Origin: Tubulanus polymorphus
Lineage: Eukaryota; Animalia; Nemertea
Direction of reading: 5' to 3'
Assembly (NCBI RefSeq): GCF_964204645.1
Contig: NC_134032.1
Location: 15,488,275-15,552,274 of the forward strand
Length of the DNA: 64,000 bases
Positions 22,376 through 35,533 of this stretch are shown here, one piece after another. Each line of letters starts with the position of its first letter. Position 1 is the stretch's first letter. Below the pieces are notes generated by a model, which saw only the letters and a list, made by a program, of their open reading frames with translations, was not told where the DNA came from and searched no databases. Position numbers and translations under genes: made by a program.

Positions 22376-22754
22376 CTACATCTGTTCGGGGGCTATTTGT
22401 TGCTGTTGTACTAAATGCGACACAGGTGTCGCTGCGGTCGTCTCAGCGGCAGTCATCGGAGCTTGGACGGCGGCGTAGGTATACATCGGTAGCTGCGCGG
22501 CTGCCGCAGCGGCGGCGTGATGATGGTGTGCGGTCGCGTGATGGTGGTGTGCGGTCGCGTGATGGTGGTGTGCGCCTAGTCCGTTCGAGGCTGTCGAGTA
22601 CGGGTATTGAAAGGTATTTTCGGGTACGGTCGCGGCGTAAGTTGGACTGTATTCTAGATACTGCGTGGCGGCGCTAGTCGGCGAAATGGCGGACTGGTGC
22701 GGTAGGCTCATGAATGGCGAGTAAAATGCCGTATACGGACTTAACATCGGATAT
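22376..22754 (-). CDS. RBM24: RBM24/38 last coding exon (GYPMLSPYTAFYSP...YLEYSPTYAA...FQYPY...QQQQIAPEQM*)
   Basis: tttacag acceptor; Tyr/Pro/Ala-rich tail with YLEY, QYPY and a Q-rich end like the RBM24 C-terminus; total CDS 222+124+97+379=822 nt. Confidence 0.88.
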
Positions 22755-23372
22755 CTGTAAATACACACAAAATTAAAACAGTTTGTTAGATACAAATAAC
22801 ATATAATACATATACATATCTAACGACGAAAATTTATAATTCGGCCATACCGCATAACCACGTGGTTTCGGAACGAGAGAATCCGAGATTTGAGATTTGA
22901 GTTTAAAGTTGCTATCATAAAATCCGTTTAAACCCGAATCCCACGTGGTGCAGAACCGGCAGTTATAGAAATGAACTGATTACAATTTTTTTGCAGTTTA
23001 CAAAAATGACCCCCCGCCGATTAGGAGAAACAAGGTATCATTTCATATTCATTATTTCAGCCTGAGATGAAATTTTCCCCTTCAAACATCTCGGTGATTA
23101 TTTGCGAACGAGACACCCGGCACATGCGTGGAACAGTCTATAGGGGAACAACCTAGAGACTGATAAAAATAGCAAATAATATTAGCACACCGCGAAGAAA
23201 ACAAGTCACTAAATCTGTTGTTATCACATGTGCTCATGTTCACGTAGAAATAATATACATTCGGTAACAAAGATAGCCGCCAAGCAGCTATATAGCCCGG
23301 AATGGCAGGTCGTCGATCTACTAGTCATTGTCAGAAAACGCGGTCTTTGGACTTATCAACAACTATATCCAG

Positions 23373-23835
23373 GAGCTAGTTCCACAGTTCCGAGTTAAGA
23401 TTTTACTCAACATTTCAAACTAATTGAAAATGGGAACTGGATCCTGAGTTCGGAGTTAACTCACAACTGTGGAACTGGATCCTGAGTTCGGAGTTAACTC
23501 TAACTCACAACAACTGTGGAACTGGATCCTGAGTTCAGAGTTAACTCACAACTGTGGAACTGGATCCTGAGTTCGGAGTTAACTCTAACTCACAACAACT
23601 GTGGAACTGGATCCTGAGTTCAGAGTTAACTCACAACAGTGGAACTGGATCTTGAGTTCAGAGTTAACTCACAACTGTGGAACTGGATCCTGAGTTCAGG
23701 GTTAACTCACAACAGTGGAACTGGATCCTGAGTTCAGAGTTAACTCACAACAGTGGAACTGGATCCTGAGTTCAGAGTTAACTCACAACAGTGGAACTGG
23801 ATCTTGAGTTCAGAGTTAACTCAACTGAGGAATTT
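23373..23835. repeat. Array amplified from the right arm of MITE A
   Basis: ctgtggaactggatcctgagttc(a/g)gagttaactcacaa repeated ~10 times after a MITE-A left end; similar arrays at 36830-37050 and 55115-55480. Confidence 0.88.
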
Positions 23836-24256
23836 GATCAACGAATTTGGATCCAGACAAAGCTGATTATTATATAATTTTTTTTTTTTTAATTCAAAAA
23901 ACGGTTAATTAACCGTCGAAACGGAATATGATGGTTGTTGGTTATGACTGGGGTACTGTAGAGTCTGCGTAACACGTGTTCCGGCTGATTTATATCGGTT
24001 TAATTAATAAACAAACCCCGATCATAACTGAACAGTTTTCCCTACGTGTGTTTATCAGATTGCGTAAGTCGACTATAGAGCTTGTAAAACTTGTACGCCA
24101 GGCTGAAATATGTTTTGCCACAGATCTCTGTAGAAATGTAGAAATGTTGTGTGTTTATTATACTGTGCAGAAGAATTTCATGGACTGTCGACATTTTCGA
24201 GCAGCGCTCTCTCCGTAACGAAGCACTTCTAGATTATCTAATTGACCTTGACCGAG

Positions 24257-24403
<147 letters not shown>

Positions 24404-25834
24404 TGGCAGGCATACGATTCATTATGACGTCATCGTTTGTTTTATGGATATTTTTCTGGATGGATTTCTTTTTAGACTAGTCTTTAGTTGTTAGATTGGC
24501 TATCGAAAAAATAATTATATACCGGTCGAATTGGACCCCCAGACCGACCTATCGTAATAAGGCGCAACTGGTGACCGGTTTTGACGGTTAATTACCCGTT
24601 GATTTTTAAATTCAAACATTTATATATATATAATGCAAAAATCATCACGACGTAAGCAGTATATCTCTTAGCAGCGTTCACACTATCACAGGCTGGTCCT
24701 AATAGGTCCGTACCTGGAACGGACCAAATCAGAGTGCCCGTTTTCAAAAATGCGTTGCTCAATTGGCTGCAGATAGTTATGACTTGCCCCGCGAGATCTT
24801 AACTCGGGACTATATCTTAATCATAAATCAATGAGCACAATAGTTCATCATTTTTTTTACATTTGACGTTTCTTTTTGAATCAAAACACAGTCGCCATCG
24901 TTAACGAGAACGAAACGTTTTTGAAATCATCGCACTTCTAGGAAACAATCAAACCGAACAGGCTATACTTCACAGTGTTGAGTACTGAAAATACATAAAT
25001 TTATCAGCTCGCCCCGAGACTGACAGGGATTAAGTTGAGGGAGCAGGAAAGGCTGCCGTTAAAAACTAATCATTCAAAAAAATCTGGTGTGTGGAGTAAT
25101 TTATGCATTCACACTCGCCGGAGGCAGCTCACGCCTGCGCCGACACACAAAGTAGTTCAGATAATAAATATGAGACATCAACATGAAAAAATATAAGCAA
25201 TAATTCGCTGGTTTTTGTCTCAAAAAAATATCAATTTTCTACACAATTATCTCTCGTAGAGAATGCAGCATATAAATATATAAAATTATCTAAAAACATT
25301 GAGAATGAATCCTGACCCGTGTTCGAATAGTTGTTGATTAAGCTAGAATTTAATATCTATTCTCAACGTTTATCGGCGCAATTCTACTTTTTATCATTAT
25401 CAATTTTAAAAAAAGACGTTTTTTAAGTCAAACCCATTTTCTGCTATGATACACGTGGCTCCCCCTACGCCCCCTGTAACGGTACAAGTAAAGCATTTGT
25501 TCGCGTGTCTTTTAAATAATTTACGATGTAAACTGAAACTAGTTTCACTACTCGGATAAACATCTCCGTTCCGCGTGTTTATTTGACTTTTATTCTCAAT
25601 ATTTGTAAATTCTCGATGAATTGTGAAGGTACGCTATTTATTATCATGCACGTCGGTAAAATTAATCATTTATTCCAAACGTTATAAAATACACATATTA
25701 CAAACATATGATAATATAGCCTCTATAAACCGTTCAGGTTTGAATTCAGTTCAAGGAATGTTTTGAAAAGTGGAAGCCCGCGGTCGGAACTCTTCGGCAC
25801 TATACTAATTGCCGGCTGCATAGTAAGAGACTAC

Positions 25835-26760
25835 ATTTAAGACCAATCTTAGCGCTTTCTTAGCGTTTTATAACCAATATAAAAACTTAAAAACCATCTA
25901 TCAACTTAAGACCAGTCTCAGTTCATTCTAGTTCTATAACCAATCTAATAACTTAAGACCAGTCTAAGCTCATTCTAGTTCTATAACCAATCTATCAACT
26001 TAACACCAGTCTAAACTCATTTCGTTTCTAAAACCGATCTTACAACTTAAGATCAAGCTGAGGCCATCTCCGTTCTACAGCCAGTCTAAGACCATTTTGG
26101 ACCAAAGTAAAAATGTTCCTACCCGTCACAGATCGGTGACCTTTGCACCATCCGCATTAACAATCAAGGCCATCGCTGTTTCTGCCAGAGTTTCGGGAAG
26201 AGATGAGGAGATGGGGGGGGGGCTTTTGGAGGGGATCGATAACTCAGCAACATCGTCACGGGAATTGTGCAGACGATACGGAATTATATAATCATGATTC
26301 GGTTAGAATCCGGTGACGCAGACGTCTATTACCTGGTCGTATCGATCGATACTGTAATCCTAAGCCGACCGTTAAGATATAGATTTCTTTCTGAGATAAT
26401 TCTAAGATCTGTTACCGAGAAACAATTGATTTTAATCCACGGATATCTATCTTACTATATACTCGTACACACATAATGAAAAATGAAAATGGTGGCTCAC
26501 TAGTAAATGAGTCTAGACTTGTCTTAAGTTGTTAGATGGGTTATAGAACTAAAATGAGTTTAGTCTGGTCTTAAGTTGTTAGATGGGTTATAGACCCAAT
26601 ATTAGATCAGACTGGCCTTAAGTCGTAAGATCGGCTATAGAACTAAAATGAGCTTAGACTGGACTTAAGTTGTTAGATTGGTTATAGAAATAAAATGAGT
26701 TTAGACTGGTCTTAAGTTGTTAGACTTGTCATAGAACTAAAGTTGATTTAGACTTATCTT
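25835..26760. repeat. Two oppositely oriented arrays of the 47-bp satellite (25835-26100 and 26500-26760)
   Basis: Unit ttaagaccagtctaagctcattttagttctataaccaatctaacaac and its reverse complement. Confidence 0.88.
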
Positions 26761-27504
26761 AAATCTGTTACTTTGCATGGTCTAAAGGCTTGGTCGGTTG
26801 TAGGAACCCCTGGCAATCAACCAAACCCCTTGAAACCCGTCAGAATTCTCTGGTAAAACAACGATGCTAAAATTCGATTACAAACCAGTCAGTCTCGGTA
26901 GGAGGACTTTTACGAGCGACGTCATCGTTATGACGTATGCACAAAAATGTAAATGAACGTCACAGAAAGCGGCGCAGACGTCAGCCAAATATAAATAAAT
27001 GTAATAATGAACCCTCTTTCTATAGCTTGGCTTCGAACAGGAAGCCGCTATACGGCTATAACACTAACATTAATGATATAGTTTCGTGTAGGCAATAATA
27101 CGGCTGATAATGGACACTACTTAGAGACAGTCAGCTCTGTTCATTAGTATATCAAAGTTCAATTCATGGTTCATATATAATTCCGATTGATAGTAAACAC
27201 CTAGGAATCCGTCTGTCGATCGCGGTGCTTTACTCTCCTGCTGCTGCTGCTGCTGCCGCTGCTGCTGCTGTTGCTGTAAATCCACCCGCTTTACCACGCG
27301 CATTCTTGTGTTGAGTAACCAAAAGCACAGTTCTTATCGTCGAGTCTAGATTACATACAAACCGTCGAGTATCTCTCGCAGCGATTGGGTATCATTAGTC
27401 ATAATTACTCTAACTAGTAAATTAAAATTGATTACAATGTTTAGTAGCATCGATATCTCTTAGATCGGTGGGGATTTCTAGAAGATGGTAGACTTTCCAT
27501 TTAA

Positions 27505-27750
27505 AGCAGGGATTCGAACTTGATGACATCGTGAGACTCTGCCGCGCTCCTCCCTCGGCAGGGATTCGAACCTGATGACATCGTGAGACTCTGCCAGATT
27601 CCTCCCTCGGCAGAGATTCGAACCTGATGACATCGTGAGACTCTGCCAGATTCCTCCCTCGGCAGAGATTCGAACCTGATGACATCGTGAGACTCTGCCA
27701 CGTTCCTCCCTCGGTAGGGATTCGAACCAGATGAAATCGTGAGAGACTCA
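27505..27750 (-). repeat. 52-bp B-box minisatellite (second locus)
   Basis: Same unit as 1786-2197. Confidence 0.9.
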
Positions 27751-28165
27751 GTATTGGAATCACAAAAAAATCAATTTCTCAAATCTATCGCCCGTCATAA
27801 CTCCACAGGTTAGTAGAACAACCCGCCTCACTCCGCCCCCACACCGGTATCGCAGACCCGTATTATGAAAGCTCCATGCGAGTCTGCGATTAGTGTATAA
27901 GTTATAACAGAAATATTACGACGATAAGGATAAGAAGATATCGAGATGATGAACGACTTAAACAAATTGATAAGATTCAGTTGTGTGTACAATCTAAACC
28001 ATCAGTCATAATCAACTTCAGAGCCGGTGAGAATATTCTCAGAATTACATAACATCGACTCTCTGTTTCCCGCCCAGCCGATTTTACCACCGGTCCAGTC
28101 GGCCACAAAATCTTCCCCAATTTCATCCAAGACACGACAGACGATGCTGATAGGTGTATATGCAG

Positions 28166-28417
28166 GGTCCGATCTAAACACTTGTCCGATTGCACGGGAC
28201 AAATTTATTCTCATCAGGGCAAGTAGGTTATCATTATCACTTGTCCCCCGGGCTAGTGCAATTTCATGTATCAAAGCTTTTTTCCCACTCGACACAACGG
28301 ATGATAGTACCACCAATCGGACTGCCTGTGTAGGGCAAGTAGATTTTGGAGGGGGCAAGCGAAATTTCAGATATGCTTGTCCCTCGGGCAAGTGGATTTC
28401 AATCCTTAGATCGGACC
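28166..28417. mobile_element. ~255-bp MITE family D
   Basis: TIR GGTCCGATCTAA...TTAGATCGGACC; inverted copy at 62604-62859. Confidence 0.85.
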
Positions 28418-28857
28418 GTGATATGATATATGATAAATTAACTACTACCCAATTATCCCCCCCCCCCAAAAAAAATTTCATCCACGACACGACAGACGAT
28501 GTGGGGAAGAGAAACAATGCGTAATCATTAGAAGACAAAACATAACGGAACATACCCAGACTAGCAACGAATTCATAAACCATTACAGTACCTATATACG
28601 CGATACGATTTTTTGTAACGCAAATTCATCAAGACTCTTTGAGCTGGGCGAAAACGAATTCACGGTTTATGAAACAGTGAGTGTACGTGTGACCTTGGCG
28701 GTGAATAGTTGTATTCATTCCATTGTGAGAGATAAGTTTCTGAATTTCGACGGTGAAATATATAAGAAAACAAAACATCGTAAAAACAATAAGAGATCTT
28801 GTTTCAGAGGTTTCTCTGGTTTTATCAGGAGGGAATACAATAGTTTGTTCAAAATAT

Positions 28858-29705
28858 GGAGTAAGAGTTAATGAAATACAGTAGACTCTGTCTCTTACTG
28901 CGGTAAAATTGAGACTGGTAAAATTCTACCCCGAGTTGGTGTTAAATACTGAGTAAGAGTTTGTGAAATACAGTAGACTCTGTCTCTTACTGGGGTAAAG
29001 TTGAGACTGGTAAAATTCTACCCCGAGTTGGTGTCAAATACTGAGTAAGAGTTTGTGAAATACAGTAGACTCTGTCTGTTACTGCGGTAAAGTTGAGACC
29101 GGTAAAATTCTACCCCGAGTTGGTGTTAAATACTGAGTAAGAGTTTGTGAAATACAGTGGACTCTGTCTCTTACTGGGGTAAAGTTGAGACCGGTAAAAT
29201 TCTACCCCGAGTTGGTGTTAAATACTGAGTAAGAGTTTGTGAAATACAGTAGACTCTGTCTCTTACTGGGGTAAAGTTGAGACTGGTAAAATTCTACCCC
29301 GAGTTGGTGTCAAATACTGAGTAAGAGTTTGTGAAATACAGTAGACTCTGTCTCTTACTGGGGTAAAGTTGAGACTGGTAAAATTCTACCCTGAGTTGGT
29401 GTTAAATACTGAGTCAGAGTTTGTGAAATACAGTAGACTCTGTCTCTTACTGCGGTAAAGTTGAGACTGGTAAAATTCTACCCCGAGTTGGTGTTAAATA
29501 CTGAGTCAGAGTTTGTGAAATACAGTAGACTCTGTCTCTTACTGGGGTAAAGTTGAGACCGGTAAAATTCTACCCCGAGTTGGTGTCAAATACTGAGTAA
29601 GAGTTTGTGAAATACAGTAGACTCTGTCTCTTACTGCGGTAAAGTTGAGACTGGTAAAATTCTACCCCTAGTTGGTGTCAAATACTGAGTAAGAGTTTGT
29701 GAAAT
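28858..29705 (+). repeat. 92-bp tandem array (~9 copies)
   Basis: Same unit as 5529-6073. Confidence 0.95.
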
Positions 29706-30231
29706 ATCATTAGTCGCGGGGGGGGGGGGGTTGGCTGGAGTTTGCTGCATTCACCAGGAAGTACAATACATTCGCACGATTGACGTAAGGCACGCTTGAA
29801 ATCGTATTTAGAGTTTTCCCCGGGGGTGAGGAGCGAACATTGGGCCACACCTGTCGGCTCTTGTTAGCACGGGTATCATTATATACCTAGTATTACATAC
29901 AATACACAAACTACAGTTATAGTTTTTTTTTTCCGGTAACACACAAAAGCAGCTCTGACTATTTCGCGTGAAGGCTTTTCTCTCTTCAAACTGAAATATA
30001 CTTGTTCTCATGAAATTGAATGATGTCGAATTTGTTGTTTTTGTTGAACTCATTCTGCAAATATTTGCTTTCGAAAGAAATGAATACACGTTTGTTTGTA
30101 TGTTTTGGGTAGTAGGTGTTGCAGCTTGTTCAACGCGCATGCGTGGTGGAAATAACGCGTCGAGGTCCTGAATTCTCAACGATCTGATCCCAGGGGGAAA
30201 CAGTTGGACGGTCGAGGATTTTTACGACCCT

Positions 30232-30600
30232 ACAGTCTAAGCTTATTCTAGTTCTATAACCAATCTAACAACTTGAGACCAGCCTAAACTCGTTTTAGTT
30301 CTATAACCAATCTTACTACTTAAGACCAGTCTAAGCTCATTTTGGTTCTATAACTAAATCTAACAACTTAAGACCAGTCTAAGCTCATTTTAGTTCTATA
30401 AACAATCTAACAACTTAAGACCAGTCTAAGTTCATTTTAGTTCTATAACCAATATAACAACTTAAGACCAGTCTAAGCTCGTTTTGGTTCTATAACCAAT
30501 CCAACAACTTAAGACCAGTCTAAGCTCATTTTGGTTCTATAACCAATCTAACAACTTAGGACCAGTCTCAACTCATTTTAGTTCTATAACAAATCTAATA
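30232..30600 (+). repeat. 47-bp satellite array
   Basis: About 8 copies. Confidence 0.92.
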
Positions 30601-32143
30601 AAATAACAAACTATTAAGAATCTTAAGATTTTTGGTGCGTGCCTGGTGCTTTGTAACAGTTTATTCTATTACATAAATATCAAAAGTTCTATTACGTAAT
30701 GGAGACAATACGAAGAATGTCTTGAAAAACTGTCGCGGCCTCTGTCTATGCTGGCTATGCTGTCATGTAGTTGTCAATCAAAAGACCGCGTCAAACAAGA
30801 CTTTTCAAATCGTGTCACAATATCTGAATGAGTCTGACGACTTGGCAAAGCTTGTAATGTGTCAAATCAATACGAAATTTGTCGACAAAAAAGCATTCAT
30901 TTCAATTCGGAACAAACATTGCACAAACTCGACAGACGATCTGTGACGTTTTCTCATACGTCTTGTCACGAATAGAGCTCGCACGACGGGGTCTCTCTCA
31001 AACCGCCGGTCTAGAAAAAGAATAGTTTTTCGGGGATTATTTCCTCGAGAATATCGACGCTGAATATCTTTCAGACGTGTGAATTTCTCCAAGTGAAATG
31101 CCTCAACGCCACCGAAGAACAAGGTCAAAAAAACAAGGTCAAAGTCAAGGCCGCAACGAGCGATAAACACGACAACAATTACACGTGTGTCTGCGTTACA
31201 ACAAAACCGACCGTTATTCGATCTTTTGATTTTTAAAATAACGAACTAAATATGACTTATATCCTTTATCCATTTTGGAGACTAATTTTCATATCAGTTA
31301 ATTTTCATTTTTGGGATTCGAACCCGGTGCGGCACCATTACCTTAACCTAATATAATGCCCATTCAGCTTTGAAACCGAACTTAACCACGCAAAGGCCTA
31401 CTCAATAATTAAATGCGCATAGATTTCTTCATTCTCTTGGCATTCGAACCTGACGTCTTAATGAAAATGGATTTCTTCTCGAAAAATCGTGAAACACGTT
31501 TAAACATGTGCTCCTGAGGATCACGTGGCGTATCGATCGCCGAAATCACGGGGTGATCACCATCACTGTGATCAAGATTGATCTGTCCGTCTGCTCTCGC
31601 CCGTATAGAGAACTACACAACCAGACGGTCGGCTATATCGACTTGTTCGGCTGGAAAAATGCGTGTAAAACATCTCAGCACCGCCTGATGTAAACTTCAA
31701 GCGAGTATATTTCAAACGATAACACGAACCGTCGATATAAACATCGCTTTCGCAAACCAAACAAAAGAATTTGAACGTGTAATCATCCTTCCGATCATAA
31801 AGACCTATAAAAATGATAATCATAATAATAATGATAATGATAATATTAATCTAACGATCGGAATGTTTATTGTATTACACGACCGCTAGATGGCGTTGAT
31901 CCTTTGATGATCGATCGTTTGATGATGGTACGTGTTGAGATGGATTTTCTCACGGTACGCGCGCTTATACAGCGTTTATCGCATGGCTGAATAAAATCGT
32001 TGAAGCGAAGATCGAATTTACGCCGAGTTCGAAGGAGTTAAGTCTTCTACCGGGCCTTCAATTTTCCTAGGGAAAGTCGTCGATGGGGCAATCAATTACA
32101 ATCGCGTTACAAAAATCAGGGAGGACGGGGAGGAGAGAGAGGA

Positions 32144-32420
32144 AGATGTTTCCTACTGCGGCAGCTGGGGATCCGCTAGGAGTGCTAGTAGTCAGTTGTC
32201 CGCGCTAGCTGCCATAACAGTGGATGCTTCCTACTGCGGTAACTGGGCATCCGCTAGGAGCGCTAATTTGGAGCGGGCCTCATGCTGTGACAGGTATGAC
32301 AATGGGTGATACCGACTGTGGCAACGGAAGATCCGCTAGGGGCGCTTATGTGAGGTCAGATGTCCGTAGTATCTCCTCAAAGATGCAACTGCGGCAACAG
32401 AGGATCCGCTAGGGGCACTG
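32144..32420 (+). repeat. Degenerate ~80-bp repeat x4 with a CTCF-like core
   Basis: actg(c/t)gg...atccgctagg(a/g)g four times; the third copy reads CCGCTAGGGGGCGC. Confidence 0.75.
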
Positions 32421-34157
32421 CTGTAGCCGAGCTCCCGGAATCCATTAATAAGCGAAACAGTTATTAAAAATTGTTCCAGATTTTTGCTATAACATTTCTT
32501 ATCGGCCTTCAAGATCGGAACCCAAATATCGGGGGAAAGTAAAGGCCCCGAATGAGGTTTTTATTGCTTATTCTAAGCCGCTAAATTAGACTTATAGGTA
32601 ACACTAACTGTATCTTAAATAATAAACGTAATCTGTAGTGATAATATTGACGCAGGTAATTCATGTATTTGTTCTTGACGCGAAGGTGATTTCAGACTAA
32701 TTACATGAGAACGATTATAAGATATATACATATACAGAGGCCTTCAACTAACGGTGGCCCTCATAGAAAACCCTACACCATCTCGAACTAGGAATTAGAG
32801 ACCTTTAATTAGGGGATATCAAAAATTAAAAATCCTTTATTTAGATCAATCACGATCAACCTCTTGTCAGTTGGCCTAAATAGTATTCGAGCCGCTGCGA
32901 CTATATGTTCAGTTCGTTGTTTCTATGCGAGATTTTGAATTAATTAGAAATTCCCGACATTCCTCGCGGTCAGTCGCTCAACGACCGACATTGTTAATTA
33001 GTTTTTCAAGAAATTCGAAACGACGATATACACGACGACGACCTGACACCCAAGCGAACTAAATGGTCACCATCATCACGTCTATACCGGTAAAAATATA
33101 GGTTTTAAACCCCCTTTATACTGGCTAAAAATAATGTTTCTCAGGTCCGGCTGAGCTTGATCCGACTGGCCGCCAACCTTCACCAAGAACCTTTAGTGTC
33201 TGTGTGGTTGGTTACGCCAGGATCGCATAGAGCGGCGGAGACCACACTACCAGGACTGGGTGAACCACCGGCCCAGCTGTAAATCACGATCAAGCTTACA
33301 ATAACAGACCAGGAAGTTATAGAATTTAACTGATTAAACATTTTATTACAGTGTTTACAAAAGTCATCCGGCCGAAAAGGAGAAATTTAAGGAAGATATC
33401 AATTCTTAGGGGGCCTTAGCATTTTTAGCCTTTTTTAGCCATCTTTAGACCACATGCGTCCCTCCTCCAGAACTAGATGACCCATCCGTAAAACATCTCT
33501 TCTTGACGTCGGCTCAGCGCGTGAAAGATTCCTTCCATAATTTATGACGTCATCACCGCGCTATGTCAAGGTCAAGGCGATGCGAGTGCTCATCTCGCAG
33601 CAGACGGCTCTAAGTGTGTTTGTGAGAGTTTGAAGAACCTTGTAGTCAAAAACAACTTTCAACAAGAACCCCTCCAGTCCGCTGACTACTGAATATTGGC
33701 TTGATGCATGTGTTACATAGAAACCTAGCCCTGAATTTCGGACTAGGTCAAGGTACCTCAATCTGAAGGGGGGGTATGTAAGGGGGGTATAGCCATAGGT
33801 TCTTAACCTTGATGATCTCACTGATAGGGCCTATCTATAAGGATAAGCTCAGCTGGTCTTCTCAATGTTCTAGGAAGGAACCAACTGTGGGTACCTCTAT
33901 TTGTTGATTAAGTCGTCCAACAATTCAGAATATGGATTCTTTATTACGAAAACCTGGACCGTGCAACTGGTGACAGAGTAGTAAGGTATATTCCCACTTA
34001 ACGTTGTGATGGTATAGGAAGTAAAGAAAAGCACGTTCCTTCGATTTGAACTCATAAATCATTGTGTTTACCGAAGTTTCCGATAGAAAGATGCGAAAAA
34101 TAACAAACTTACACGTGAAAAAAAGAGAAAACAAGGATCTTCGTTGTTCTAAAGCGA

Positions 34158-34428
34158 GAAAGAGAGAGGGGAGACAGAGGGAGAGAGAGAAGGGGAGCCA
34201 GAGGGAGAGAGAGAAGGGGAGCCAGAGGGAGAGAGAGGGAGAGAGAGAAGGGGAGCCAGAGGGAGAGAGGGAGAAAGGGGAGAGCCAGAGGGAGAGGAGG
34301 AGAGAGCCAGAGGGAGACAGAGAAGGGGAGCCAGAGGGAGAGAGGAGAGAGCCAGAGGGAGAGAGGAGAGAGCCAGAGGGAGAGAGGAGAGAGCCAGAGG
34401 GAGAGAGGAGAGAGCCAGAGGGAGAGAC
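34158..34428 (+). repeat. GA-rich minisatellite (gagccagagggagagaggaga)
   Basis: Direct reading. Confidence 0.92.
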
Positions 34429-35202
34429 CTGAGTAAAACATGGCGGCTCGTTCTATCGCGAATTTAGTATAGCTTTCAGTTTGTCACACACGACTCCTCT
34501 TGAGCTACGACACATTGAAACATCAAATTTGGCGGCAGACATGATCGAAAAATACGTAGAATTTCCTAACGTGTTTTAATGCTCAATGAAAAACCACCGA
34601 AGAAATAGCATTTTGTACATCAGTGAGTTTATTGTGTACCCTTATACCGTGGATAAGTATTTGCTGTACTTCAATTTAAACAAACATTTCTGTAGACTCG
34701 ACCCACCGATCACACAACTAAAATCTCTACTTATTGATTTCAAAATCAAACCCCCTGTTTCGCCCCCAGCTGGTGGGTTTGTAAGGGACACCGAATAAAA
34801 TCAAATCTATCAATCGCAAGGAATGATGTTTTTTTAATCGAATTCTAGACACCATTTTGGTTTCACCGATGTTAAGTAACGTCCCCAGAAAAAAATGTTG
34901 ACGTTAAATGACGTTTCAGGAAGCGTTGACGTTAAAAACTAAAGCGTTTACGTATTCAATAGTTGTTGTTTTATTAGTCTGCGTAAAAAACGTTTGTTCC
35001 AAACTTTCCGGTGGTTTGTTTGTTAGCAGCGGGAATCAAGTTGTGAGATACATCTTTTTTTTGTGCGGCTTGAACGTCTGTTTGCTTCGATCCTCACGAG
35101 CTCGTTCGGAATACCCGTCGAGTTCAGAGTTGTTTTACACGCAGGGTAAATACCATTGAATCGTCAGGGTCCCGGGGTGCAACTGTTAAACGAGATTTTA
35201 AT

Positions 35203-35533
35203 TCTTAAGACTGGTCTAAAGTTGTTAAATTGGCTATAGAACTAAAATGAGCTTAGAACACTGGGGTCGGTTGCATAGTCGAGGCTTAGACTTAAGACCA
35301 GTCTAAGACCAACTTAGTTCTATAGCTAATCTAACAACTTAAGATTGGTCTTAAGATTTAAGACCACTTTTGGACTTATGTCACGACTGTGCAACTGGCC
35401 CCTGGTCTTAAGTTGTTACATTGGCTATAGAACTAAAATGAGTTTAGACTGGTCTTAAGTTGTTAAATTGGCTATAGAACCAAAATGAGCTTAGACTGGT
35501 CTTAAGTCTAAGCAGTGACTATGGAATCGGCCC
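35203..35533. mobile_element. 47-bp array with a MITE-B end, interrupted by an inverted intact MITE B (35264-35401)
   Basis: CTG on both sides of the inner element; the outer array ends in the MITE-B terminus gactatggaatcggccc. Confidence 0.78.

Noticed and set aside
22300-22677. 125-aa plus-strand ORF
   Set aside because: Antisense shadow of the GC-rich RBM24 last exon.
27121-27303. polyQ ORF as an extra RBM24 exon
   Set aside because: Weak splice signals; exon 3 already joins exon 4 in frame; likely a (CTG)n microsatellite.
28002-28583. 193-aa and 165-aa ORFs sharing peptides with 62570-62761
   Set aside because: The shared peptide is MITE D sequence; no transposase motifs.
29745-29800. 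TAAGGCACGC resembling miR-124
   Set aside because: Only the first 10 nt match and there is no convincing precursor hairpin.
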